A stretch of 64,000 bases of DNA, from the NCBI GenBank assembly GCA_010909165.1, contig MU008194.1, forward strand, positions 310,001-374,000, read 5' to 3'. A program made the translations under genes and the position numbers. The notes under the pieces were generated by a model. It did not search any database, was not told the origin of the DNA, and worked only from the letters and a program-made list of their open reading frames with translations. This DNA comes from Anthoceros angustus (Eukaryota > Plantae > Anthocerotophyta). Below, piece after piece: positions 1 to 11,131 of the stretch; the first letter of the stretch is position 1, and the number at the start of each line of letters is the position of its first letter.

Positions 1-1130
1 GCAGCATCAAAGTTCCAGTTTCGCAGAAGCAAACCGTGACTGACAATCAACAGGCTGCGCCATGGCTGCTCGGATCTGCCCAACAACGGATCTAGCAAGG
101 CGGTCCAGCGCGAAGCGAGATCAAAGATGCTCCGTTAGGGCAATTGGCCTAAACCCTTAACCCTCCGATGTCAGTTAACCGGCCTTCTGGGTTAGAAGCC
201 ACCACAAGGAGAAGCATGGCGGAGGAAGACGATGAACAGCCTCAGCTGAGCGTTGCTACTCTTGCTGCCCTGAGGAATGGATAGAGGAGAGGCAGGGCAA
301 GAGGAAGATAAAGCAGGTGTTGCCGAAGACGGAGCTGTGGACATAGTGGCCGAGGATTGGCGTTTGAGCCAGTTCTGGTATAATGCTGCAACGGCAGCCA
401 CTGTAGCAGAGGAGCTCCATCATCTTAGCAAGGCCTTCGATTCTGCTAGGATTGCCTGTGTCGCATGCCCCTCTTTATGTAGAACTCAAGGTGCTGTACT
501 TTGGATGGGTTTGACGGTTCGACCGTATCAGACTGATTTCTGACGGGTAGAATGGGATGCTTTTGAATGCAGAACAAACACCGTGAAGTGGACGCTCACT
601 TGTTTGAGTATGACCGACGGTTTGGGAAGTATGGCGATGATTTTAGTTTCTACGACTACAACTCCCCTCAAGATGTGCCAAACGAATGCCAGGGTGCTTT
701 TCACGTCATCGTGGCTGATCCACCATACTTGGCAAGACATCATCTCTGCCTTAGCCTCAAGTTCCCAGTCAGTTGCAGAATCGAAGAATCTCAATGCTTC
801 GTCGTGGTTAGCCTTTCTGACAAGCGTTTCAATCCATGCAGAGTGAAGAGTGCTTACTAAAGACTGTGCAGACTATGAAGCACCTCTCAGCTGACCCGGA
901 AAAATCCATTTCTTGTTGCTTACAGGTAGTTGTCGAATTTCTGCAATGGGAGGATTGTGGGATCTGTTCGTGAAATGCATTGAAATTCATGGTAGTGGGT
1001 CGGGTTGTAGCTTGTCTTCTTGAAATGCACTGACCGTCCGTGGTCTGGGTTTTGCAGGTGCTGTTCAAAGAGAACGCGTTGCGGGGCTGATACATGCGTA
1101 TCCCTGCAAGTTCAGGCCACAGCATCAGAA
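1..1130. repeat. Near-identical direct duplicate of 10915..12051 (KRTCAP2/EEF1AKMT1 promoter plus most of EEF1AKMT1); runs off the left edge of the window
   Basis: Colinear with 10915-12051. The only differences I found are 5 contractions totalling 7 bp in homopolymer or dinucleotide runs. Identity stops after GCATCAGAA at 1130. Confidence 0.95.
216..1130 (+). pseudogene. EEF1AKMT1: 3'-truncated, frameshifted copy of the eEF1A lysine methyltransferase gene
   Basis: Same exons as 11132..12136 (MAEEDDEQ..., DWRLSQFWY, VADPPYL) but with 1-2 bp deletions, and it breaks off at ...KFRPQHQ(N), lacking the last ~28 codons. Confidence 0.8.
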
Positions 1131-1215
1131 TGGTGCCCAACGCCCAACAATGGCACCCAATTAACGCCTAACAATGGCGCCAACGCCCGACAATGGCTGG
1201 CCATACAATGGCCTG
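1131..1215. repeat. Short degenerate tandem repeat (ACAATGGC...CCAACGCC motif, 3-4 copies) at the duplication breakpoint
   Basis: tggtgcccaacgcccaacaatggcacccaattaacgcctaacaatggcgccaacgcccgacaatggctggccatacaatggcc. Confidence 0.55.
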
Positions 1216-2058
1216 CGAAGGTAAGCATGTACGAACATGTACCATCGGCGGCGCGCCTTGTGGGCATAGAGGTGGTACCGCTCACAATAAGAACACTAAA
1301 GAAAATGCTAAAGAGCGTGACGTACTAGTATTAGAGCACTAGCGGCCCTCTCAACTTTTTCCCTCTCCATGCCATGTGTGTAAATGGGATTAATGGAGTG
1401 GAGGCGAGTGGCACGCCTCCTGCTTGAATGGACGCTCATCATGCCCCCACAAAATAACCCCAATCAAATTTAAAATAGCCCTCCCCTCACATTTTGAAGA
1501 AAAATGCTTTACAATAATCTGGGAATCACGTCATCAATCGGTAAATGGCCTCCTATCATATTTTTGTGATTAATAACAATAATAAAGAGTTTAAAAAATA
1601 AAGAACACATTTTGAGAAAANAGTAACCAATATAAGTTTGAAATCCTCAAGAATAAGATATGTTGTGACCATCATGCTGAAATTGTATTTATTTTTTTAT
1701 AATATCCATAAAATATCTTTTGGTAAGAGAATAAAAATCCACATGTCACCGACCTACTATTTCAGATTATCTTGATAATGTATGAATAACAAAATACATA
1801 AGTCATGGTATATGAGGTACATATTATATAAGTGAAGTAAAGCTTCAACGCTCCTACTAACTACTGTAAATGGATAAAACACCAACTTATTATAAAAAGA
1901 TAATACAAAGTTTGGAATATTCATTTAACAACACAAGAAGACCTGGTTGTGAAATGAAACCGCTTAATTATTTTCCAAGAAACTATGATCACTTCAAGCT
2001 AGAGACAACATGTACATTACAAACAAGCACCCGGGTGGCATGCTCTGCCGGTGCGGAA

Positions 2059-4634
2059 TCAATTCGATGGCACCCAACAGCCGTGCAGTCCGTACGGGAG
2101 GCCGTAGGGCAGGATCCCTCGGGCGAGTTCCTCGAACGTCTGGCCGTCCAAGAGGACGACGAAGCCGCCGCCACTGTCGTCGCTCACAAGGGATATAACC
2201 ACGCCTGCACACAGCCGGACGGAACGGGAGCGAGTGATGAGAGGCTGGGTTCTGTCCCGTTCCGTTTCGTTCCGGGGTGGAAACCTGGCTAGGGAGGGAG
2301 TTGGGTTGAGGAGTACGAACCATCGTCTTCTCCGATCGCGCCGGGCCTTGGGACGAAGAAGGGCTCGGTGGGGATGCCGCCGTCGTGGTACCAAGTCTTG
2401 GCGCTCTTGTCCACCAAATCCACCTTTGCGAGGTTGTTGGGGAAGTTGCAAGGGCGGTGTGCTCCAGCTGCGTACAAGTATCGATACTTCCTGGATTTGA
2501 AGCTCTCATTGATGGTGTTCATGTCCAGACCCCTGCCGTGCACGTCCGGCGGCACGGCTGCTTCTAATGTGCCCTTGCTGGATCCGTCGAGCGGGATGGT
2601 GAACCTCCCAACTCTGTTGATGTGTTCTGGAATGGTTAATTTGATGCATTTATGTGATGAGCGGAGGAGGAGGATGGATGGATGGAATGTGTACCTTGCA
2701 TCGGGGAGAACTTTGCCGGGGAAAGATCGGAGCTCATGGAGCTCAGGCGCTGGAGAATGGTAGGGTTCGCGTTGTGCTCGCAGCAGTCCACGATCACTCT
2801 CGCAGGCTTGCCGTCCTCCGCAGGCTCCTCGTACGCGTTGATGAAGTGGAAGGTGACGAAAGGCGGGACTTCCACTGACGCTTCCTGAACAAGCGTGCGA
2901 TGGGTGAGGAATGGAGGTGAGAGGTGGAACAGAATTGGAGAGGCGTGGAGCAAGATTTATTACCAGGGCGCCGGTTTTCCTGTTGAGGATGTGCATGTAG
3001 GAGCCGCTGTCAGGAGCCACTCGAATTTGTAGTACGGGCAGGGCGCGCTCTTGAGGAGGTTCATCGCGGAGTAGCGCAGTGGCATCTCTGGTACCACGAT
3101 GTAGTTTTCCGATACGGCGAAGGAGTGCACCCATCCCGGGGGGCCTTTACCCCTGCATTGGACCTGAAGGGACGGAGCAAAAGAAATGAAGCAAGTGCTG
3201 CATGCGTCCAAGGCTCAAGGAATGCGGAGGAGAGCCTGGAGGAAGTAGTGTTGCTCACTCTGCCAATCATCTCCCTGGTGTTTGATCCGGCGGGCATCCG
3301 CACGACGTTGTAGCCAGGGTGGATCAAATCCGGCAGCAGCGTGATGAATTCCTTGTCATCTACGTAGGGGTGAGCGGAGTGCAGAATTCCCTGCGCGCAC
3401 CAGTTCAAATGTGTCGATGTGAGATATGAGATCTTCAGGAATCTGGACTTGTCTGCAGGCACTCTGCAGCAGCATGGAAGAAAGCAGTTTGAGAATTGCG
3501 GCTCCGGAGGACCTGGAATCCGTCCTCGTATGTGAACTTTCCCAGGGTTTCCAGCGTGTTTGGATCAATCTGAATGGTCCCCTTCATCGTCTCCGTCAAG
3601 CACAGGACTCTTCCGTCTCCCAATCTGCACCAAGAAGCCGTTTCAAGCACGTCATGGATTGAAGCGAAGGTTGAAGGATGTGGCGATGGCGTGGCGTGTT
3701 GTAGCATTGCAGGATGCAGGCAGCGTACAGGATGACTCCGGTGTTGGCGTTGTCGGTGAGACTGTGGCCCGTGGCCATCCCGGCGAGCTCACCGATCCGC
3801 TGGAACACGTTCCTGCCTCCGGCACGACCTTGAATTCCCGGTACATGGGGCGATGGTTGCTGGTGGCCTGCTTGTATGCCTCGGATTGCAGCTGCGCGTG
3901 CCCGCACACCAGCTTCCCGTTGTCGAAGTGGAGACGGACGAGGGTGGAGTACCTGGAGGCCGCTCATGTCACACACTCCATCGCTCCCTATCCAAGGAAA
4001 TGAAGATCGCTACAAGATGAAGCAAAGTTCCACAATTGCTCCACTCACCCGTCGAAGAGGTGCTCAAATTCCATGTCCCCAGCGTTCCAGCTTCCGGGCC
4101 CGTTTCGGATATATGTTCCACTCTGCAGCAGCAAGCAAGAACCGAAAGCTGAGCTGCTTCAATTTATGATACACAAGTGCAATGCTATCCTGAAGGTGGA
4201 CTAGTACATGTGATCCATCTACAAAAGGTAAGTACCAGCCACTTTGGGATTGCTCCCTGCAGTTCCAGCTCTCCTTCCCATCTCGGCTGCTTGACAGTGT
4301 TCCAGGACGCATATCCAGGATACCTCTCTTGCTGCCGCACCTCAGCTCCTCCAACTCTCTCGGCCACCAGAGCTCGATTCACAGCCCCCTTCCGGTCCAC
4401 GGGCTTGGGAGCTGGAGTGAAGGTTGCGGCCTGATCTGCAGCGTGGCCCTCACCCAGGGCTTGGGCTGTGATTGTGCAGGAGTGGCGGGAGCGCCGGCGC
4501 AGGGCCTTCGGTTGCTTCAAGGAGCCGATGGACGACACCTTGACCACCTGACTCTGCTGGAGCGGTGAGGGCGAGAGAAGTGCCATGTTGTCTGCACCCA
4601 CTGCTGCTGCTGCAGCTGCAATGCACTTAGCCAT
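2059..4634 (-). CDS. CCD8: Carotenoid cleavage dioxygenase 8 (MAX4/D10; strigolactone biosynthesis), multi-exon, with three apparent 1-bp frameshifts in this assembly
   Basis: Spliced exons give WEGELELQGAIPKWL-SGTYIRNGPG, HLFDGYSTLVRLHF, SLTDNANTGV, LGDGRVLCLTET, HSAHP, PGWVHSFAVSENYIVVPEMPLRY, VPPFVTFHFINAYEE, HGRGLDM, YAAGAHRPCNFPN, EPFFVPRPG..EDDG, LPYGLPYGLHGCWVP*. These are CCD8-diagnostic motifs, preceded by a Ser/Ala-rich transit-peptide-like N-terminus. Frameshifts at ~3810, ~3013, ~2744. Confidence 0.93.
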
Positions 4635-4752
4635 GTCACTCCGCAGTCGACGAGCTTTGTGTCCAAGGCTGAGCACGAGCTGTGAAGCACGGCGCGAAGC
4701 CTTAAGTGAGCCATCCACCAGCAGTAGACCCACAGGGCACCCACTTAGCCCG

Positions 4753-6170
4753 CTGTGACCAACCATGTGGAATCCGGGTTTTAGAAAATCGCTTCTGGAA
4801 ACGACAAGCCATCACAGGCCATGCCAAACGCTTCATGGAGAAGCACCACGCTTAGTCACGAGGCTCTAACTAAATAAACTGAAATGCAATTATCATTCCC
4901 TGCAAGGAAGGCCACTTGGTGTATCCACCCACCTTGACGACAGCCTCATTAGTTTTCTTTTTTATCTTCATATCATCTTACGACACATGAGTAGCGGTTT
5001 TAATTTCTTTCTTCTTCGGCCTATGCAAACAGTACATGACAATCAATTCACCTCGATCATGAGAGAGCCTCAAAAACTCATATCCCATAACATATTTAGA
5101 TCCTCCAAGAAACAAGGTAACAAATTATGTAAGTATAATAGAAGACATCTATCTTACATAAGAGAAGGAGAAAGTTGTATCAAAGCTATCAAAGTCTCTT
5201 ATAGGACAAAAATCGTATTCCCAAGGACAAAGTGTGAAACATTTGCATCCTTGAAAAAGTTCAAACCTTGGCTAGATATTGATAAGAGTACAAATGTTTC
5301 ACCTCGTCAATGAGATAACTAACCTCACATCATGTGCTTCAAGTGCCAAGTTCCTATTGCAACATTCCAAGGATCCCAAGCTGTTCCATATTCTCTTGAT
5401 AAAGCCTACACACTAGATTTAGAATAAGAGGAAAAAGTGTGGATTCATGTAGTAAATTTCACAACCTTGAGAGAGTAGCTACCAACAAGATATGTAATTG
5501 TGAATACTTAACATTGAGAGTGAGACATAAAACTTAAAAAATGGACAAGTTTAAAGTCCATACCGTTATAAAACTTTTATAGACTCTCCGGTATGTGATT
5601 TTTACTTAATTATATAATCTCTAATGTAATAAGTTCTAAATGAACCTTAAAAGGCCCTTTCTAGTCTTCAAGGCCTTTGCCAGCGTATAGCCTTTACTCT
5701 TGTAAAGCAAGCCTCTTAGACCTTTTCTGCATCTCCTTCCTTCACTTTTGTAAAGCAAGCCTCTTAAACCTTTTCTGCATCTCCTTCCTTTATTCTTGTA
5801 AAGCAAGCCTCTTAGACCTTTTCTGCATCTCCTTCCTTCACTTTTGTAAAGCAAGCCTCTTAGACCTTTTCTGCATCTCCTTCCTTTATTCTTGTAAAGC
5901 AAGCCTCTTAGACCTTTTACGCATCTCCTTCCTTTACTTGCTTCTGGGTTGATCGGTGATAAAAGAAACCTAGTGAGATTGTTGTCAAGGTGGGTGGATA
6001 CGCCAAGTGGCCTTCCTCGCAGGCGATGATATTGTATTTCAGTTTATTCAGTTAGAACCTTCGGACTACGCGTGGTGTATTTACATGAAGCGGTTTGGCA
6101 TGGCCTATGATGGCTTGTCGTTTCCAAAAGCGATTTTCTGAAAACCAGGATTCCACATTATTGGTCACAG
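4753..6170. mobile_element. Long imperfect inverted repeat (arms ~4753-4966 and ~5958-6170); possible non-autonomous foldback/MULE-like element
   Basis: Left arm CTGTGACCAACCATGTGGAATCCGGGTTTTAGAAAATCGC...GGCCACTTGGTGTATCCACCCACCTTGACGAC matches the reverse complement of the right arm. A partial third copy lies at 6231-6314. No TSD or transposase seen. Confidence 0.6.
5702..5940. repeat. 48-bp tandem repeat, 5 copies, with alternating A/B variants (96-bp higher-order unit)
   Basis: GTAAAGCAAGCCTCTTAGACCTTTTCTGCATCTCCTTCC + TTCACTTTT or TTTATTCTT, starting at 5702, 5750, 5798, 5846, 5894. Confidence 0.9.
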
Positions 6171-8012
6171 TGAGTCACTCCTCTTTCACATGAAGGCCAA
6201 ATTCACCTTGTTGATGAGTGTCACATGAGGGCCAAACGCTTCATGTAGATGCACCACGCTTAGTCGGGAGGCTCTAATTGAATAAATCGAAATACAATAT
6301 CATCGTGGAAGGCCTTAGACCTTTTACGCATCTCCTTCCTTTTGTTAGGTTGCATGTTGTACCTCTTGATAACTAAGAGAGCCAATATGAATTCTCAATC
6401 ACTTGCCTCCTTCCAAATCCAAAACTTAGAAGAGTTTAAATGAAAGGTGAGTTGTTCCAATCCATCTTATGGGACTTGCATATGGCGTACCAAAGCGGGC
6501 TAGATGAATGTGCTATCGCTAATTTTGAAAGTCTCTCTTCTATTTTCAAAGTGTCTTAGTTTTCAAAGTGTCTGTTTCAAACAATCTCTCAAATGCAAAT
6601 GCAATTGGATTCCACAAACCCTAACTCCGCTGCGACCACATTGAGTTGAAACCTCCCACCCAAGCTGGAGAGGCCACACCCACGCGTGCCTCATTGCTCA
6701 ACCGCCTCACCGCTCCCATTCAATGTACGCTTGGAGAGGCCGTTTTGGTATTGCTGCCCTAGCCAGCCACCCCACCAGCCTCATGGAAGGGATGAAGTGA
6801 AGGGTCTTTGGAGGCTGAGTTTCTCAAAACTCAGCTCCCTCAAATTGCAACTATGGTATGCAAAGAAAACATGAACCGACCACAAAGAAGTTCCGTGTGA
6901 AAGAAAAAGATTAAGTTTGTGTGTAAGTATGCTTGCTTGTGGCCGCGTTGGTAGGTCCACTTTGGGCACTCTTAGTTCGGTCCGATACCAAAGCGGACAC
7001 AAGCGTGCTTGCAGGTAAAATGTGTGGTGTGAAGGAAAGTTTGGTGTGAAAAAAATGTGCCCCGTTCCCTCTGTCCTCTTCGGTATGCCATGAAACGCCG
7101 GCTGCCGGCACTTTTTTTTGTTTTGCGATAAAAGAAGGCTTTATAAGAAAAAAGAACATCGAAGAACAGAAGTACAGAAAGCATGAGCGGGCAGAGCAAG
7201 CAGCAACAAGAGAGCCAAAACTCCAAGCCGAGGGCCACACACTACAGGACAGCCCCGGATGCCGGGACTTTTTTGATGAAATTCTGACCAAGCTTTTGTG
7301 ACCAACAACAGCATCAACATTGGAGTCTAGCTAACATATTTCGTGGGTGTATGTGTGCTGGGTCGTACCACCATGTCATCGCCACACGTATGCGGTCTAG
7401 AATTGGCGGCCTGACCTTGGTCTGAAGCCAACCTGGCTTTGAAGGATTTGTTGCATGCGAGATCCATTCGGTGGTGTCGTGATGCACGCAAAGAATTTTG
7501 CGGTGGCATGCACAGCATATAGCACTTTCCACATCCGCCACTCCAGCCAGCACATTGTGCCGCAGGCTCCTGGTGGGTTGCAACAATACTTCTACGTGTG
7601 CACACTAGGACATGTCTACAGCACCAGAACTTTGTTTCCCTTGTTGGAGCTTTCCTGTGTTGAAGTAGATTCTCTTGCTCCAGCATCTACGACCGGGCAC
7701 TTCACTCCAAAACGAACGGTGAGGGCAGGAGGTGGAAAGAGTTGCTTCAACTGGCATGGCCATTCTTGAATAACTCTCCGGGCCATGGAATGTCTCATCG
7801 TGCCTACGTAACCCTGGAGCGTTGCAGAGAAAAGAGAGAAGGATATGTGGTGTTTGATTCGCATCTGCTTCTGAAGTTCAGCAGCCCTAAATAGCTTCAA
7901 GACTGAAGTAGTGTGGGGTCACTCGTCAGAGAAGCTCCGATTCGGCTCTGATTCCTGTGGCCTCGGAGGTACACATGTACATCAGACAGAATCTGCCAAA
8001 GCAACTTCTCAC

Positions 8013-9745
8013 TTAATTTGGTTTCAGATCCAAAAAGGCTTCCAGTGCAGTTACAAGGCGTGGGGGCCATCTCCTGGTGTTTCGAACCCAGTTCCTGTCC
8101 CTGTATCTCCCGTCCTGGCCACAACATAACCATGAGACCGTGTCAAAGGAGTGCAATCCGGGGTTGATAAACCATCTCACAGAAAATTTGTGTACCTCCA
8201 GACGCCCCCAATTATTTTCTGCTTCAGCAGTCAGCCCCTGAGAATACAAGGATACCGCTAGAGCTGCTCTCATGTCTGGAAACTGTGACAACCCAAGAGT
8301 GAAACTGGGCCTCTGAGGGACTGTGACTTGGGTAGAAGCCAACGGCAGTGAGGTACGACCAGAAGTGTACCTCAGGATATCTTCTTAGAAGAGAGCGAAA
8401 CTGCCGAATAGCCTCATTGTCCCGACCGACTTGATAGAGCGCCTGCTTGGGTTAGTTTACAAGGAGCACATGTAAATGAGCAGACCTTGAGTAAGAGGGA
8501 AAACAGATCTGCATTAAATGGGTGGACTCTGTATAGCATGAAAATACCAACCAGGGCACAATTTGCAGCTGCAAATGAGAACTCAGGAGCAAGCTGAGCA
8601 GCTCTACGATAGTTGGAGATGGCTTCATCCCATTTGCTCATGGCAGCCTGCAAGCACCATAACATACTGCATTTTAAGCTAGTGGCTTTTGTGATTGTCA
8701 CCAGAATGAGCAGGGATTGGAATTCCAGCTAGGGTGTAAGATCAACCTGCAGAAGTGTGGGGTACGTGAGATGCTGCAGCTTACCAGCACGTTGCCCAGG
8801 TTGTTGAGAGCAGCAGGATCATTCGGCTGGACAGAAAGAACAGCCTTGTAGTCAGCAGCAGCCTCGTCATAGCGTCCAAGGCTCTCCAGTACAACCCCGC
8901 GGTTCAGAACAGGATCCACTGCATAACTGTAGCATTTCCAGCTTCATCAGTCCTCGAACAACATTTTACTGACATTTAGACCCCACTTGAGAGGATCAGA
9001 ATTCACGGCAAGGAGGCCTTACGGTGCTAGCTCGATAGATCGGTCGAAATCCTGTAGAGCTTGCTCCATTTTCCCTGTACAGCTAAACAGCATCAAGGCA
9101 CTCCAACAACTCAGCCATTGGTGGGAAGCACGTTCAAAAATCCGTGTGTAACCCCACTTGTGCCGATAACAACTCTAACCTGGCGACTGCGGCAGTTTCC
9201 ACGGTTCCCCCAAGCTCTGGAAAGAATGTCAGGAACCCATTCCGCTTCAATCTCTCCATACCTGTCGATAACTTCTGTCCAGAGTCTCTCCTCTTCCTCA
9301 ATCTGCAGTACGCACCAACGCAGCTCCAGTCCAAAGACAAACAGCCATCAGCGCGGAAAGGCTTGCTCATTCTCAACCTACATACCGTCGGTGCATCCAG
9401 TGCTTTTTCGAACACAATGGCAGCATCCCTCAGCCTTCCATCCGCTGGATCAAAAGCGCGTTTTGGGGCTTTCCCGAGATCGATGCTCGCAGGGACCACG
9501 GCCTGTGCCTGCTCCACACCAACGCCACATACGGCAGCTAAGGAGAACCACACCGGGGCCTGCAGAATAAGCCTTCTCCCAACACCTCTCCCGCCCCGTG
9601 GATTTCCACCCTGTGATTCCTTGAACCCATGACCAGAAACCCGCAATCTGCCAGAGGTCGAAGCCGGAACTCTGATCCTGGGCTGTAAGCAGAATGCACT
9701 GGAAGCCGGAGGGGCAGGGGCAATCGAGAAAACCATGGCCTTCAT
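8013..9745 (-). CDS. Tetratricopeptide-repeat protein with a plastid transit-peptide-like N-terminus (resembles cyanobacterial-type TPR proteins), multi-exon
   Basis: Exons give AWGNRGNCRSRQ, DPVLNRGVVLESLGRYDEAAADY, DPAALNNLGN, WDEAISNYRRAAQLAPEFSFAAANCAL, FPDMRAALAVSLY, RYRDRNWVRNTRRWPPRLVTALEAFL; GT-AG introns. Confidence 0.85.
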
Positions 9746-10118
9746 CAATCATTCACAACTGTTCACGGAAGCGGCACCTCACGAACGTGGATGATGATGT
9801 TCCAGCGTTTGAGAAAAAGGCATTGAGACGAAGAACTTTTGAGGAACCCATCTTATTGACAGCGCATCTACCAACTCGGGAGGTCATGGCCAACCGGAAG
9901 GATACATTCAAATGGGCAAGCAAGATACTGTGCCATCGGAACGTTTAGCTTGAACCTGGCATCTGGATTCAAGCGTTCACTCCAGACATTGACCTACAAT
10001 GGTTACGACTTTTTGATGACAGCTCTCCGCTACCACATCATTGACCTCCGGCTTCCAGGAGCCCAGCCACTCCCGAGGCTAAGACCTTGGTACAAGAGTG
10101 GAGAACTACTGAATGAGA

Positions 10119-10797
10119 CTAAGAAGCTTTCTTCTTCGGGTCGGGCTGTTGATGCATCACTGCAGAGATTTTGTTCACTTCATACAAAAGGACGACTGAG
10201 AACAGTATGCTGCACAGGTACGCAAAACTCTATCAGTACCAATTCAACATAGTGGCAAGAAGGCTACATAGAATGCAAGAGAGGTTCCAAATCCCCACAC
10301 TGACCATGTGGTACAAGAGACCCTATGCACGGAACCCGCTGCAACAGCAGCAATAGATTCGGCAAGGAGAACTGCAAATGATTTCCAAGCATTAGTGGAT
10401 CTGTGATCACGAGCTCAGTAATCTTAGCAAACCTATGTCATACTGCAGCCGATACAACCAACAAGTTCTAATTCTAGGTTTTGCAGCTCAGCCACCCCAA
10501 AGTACTGTCAACCAAGGTGAAGCGTACCAGCTCCCCATCCGGTTCGCGATCCGAGCGACTCTTGTAAATTGCCAACAAACTGCAAATCCAAAGACACGTG
10601 ATCAGAACCCGAATATGGAGCAAAATAACGCTCGACAACCAGAAAACAGCAGGGGTCCTTACAGTCAAAACTAGGAGGAACAAAAGAGAACCGATGAAGC
10701 CGCCAAAGATGGTGAACAACTCAGTTGAAGCCAATTTCTCCTTGTAGACCTGCTGCAGCGAGAGTGTGATGACGAAGAGCAGAAAAGAACAGAGCAT
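10119..10797 (-). CDS. KRTCAP2: Keratinocyte-associated protein 2 homolog (oligosaccharyltransferase accessory subunit KCP2), 4 exons; exact start uncertain
   Basis: MLCSFLLFVITLSLQQVYKEKLASTELFTIFGGFIGSLLFLLVLT / FVGNLQESLGSRTGWGA / VLLAESIAAVAAGSVHRVSCTTC / LFSVVLLYEVNKISAVMHQQPDPKKKAS*. Confidence 0.88.
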
Positions 10798-11131
10798 CGA
10801 GTTGGCCGTGCTTGTCAAACGCTTCCGATCTGCCCATCACAACAATCCACAAGCTTCAGTTCCCAATTTCCAGCTCCGCAATTTCCACCACAAGTAGTCA
10901 AAACCCGTCCATCTGCAGCATCAAAGTTCCAGTTTCGCAGAAGCAAACCGTGACTGACAATCAACAGGCTGCGCCATGGCTGCTCGGATCTGCCCAACAA
11001 CGGATCTAGCAAGGCGGTCCAGCGCGAAGCGAGATCAAAGATGCTCCGTTAGGGCAATTGGCCTAAACCCTTAACCCTCCGATGTCAGTTAACCGGCCTT
11101 CTGGGTTAGAGAAGCCACCACAAGGAGAAGC

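Noticed and set aside
1290-1345. CTAG and CACTAG words suggesting a Helitron 3' end or CACTA terminus that might explain the gene-fragment duplication
   Set aside because: No convincing subterminal hairpin, matching TIR or TSD; a tandem duplication explains the breakpoint more simply.
5636-5952. ORFs 5636..5902(-) and 5677..5952(+) with repetitive peptides
   Set aside because: They arise from the 48-bp tandem array; no independent coding evidence.
6814-6835. Perfect 9-bp hairpin GCTGAGTTT-CTCA-AAACTCAGC
   Set aside because: Too short and isolated to distinguish from chance; no associated feature.
6911-7900. Several 70-130 aa ORFs between CCD8 and the TPR gene
   Set aside because: No recognisable domain or consistent splice structure; left unassigned.
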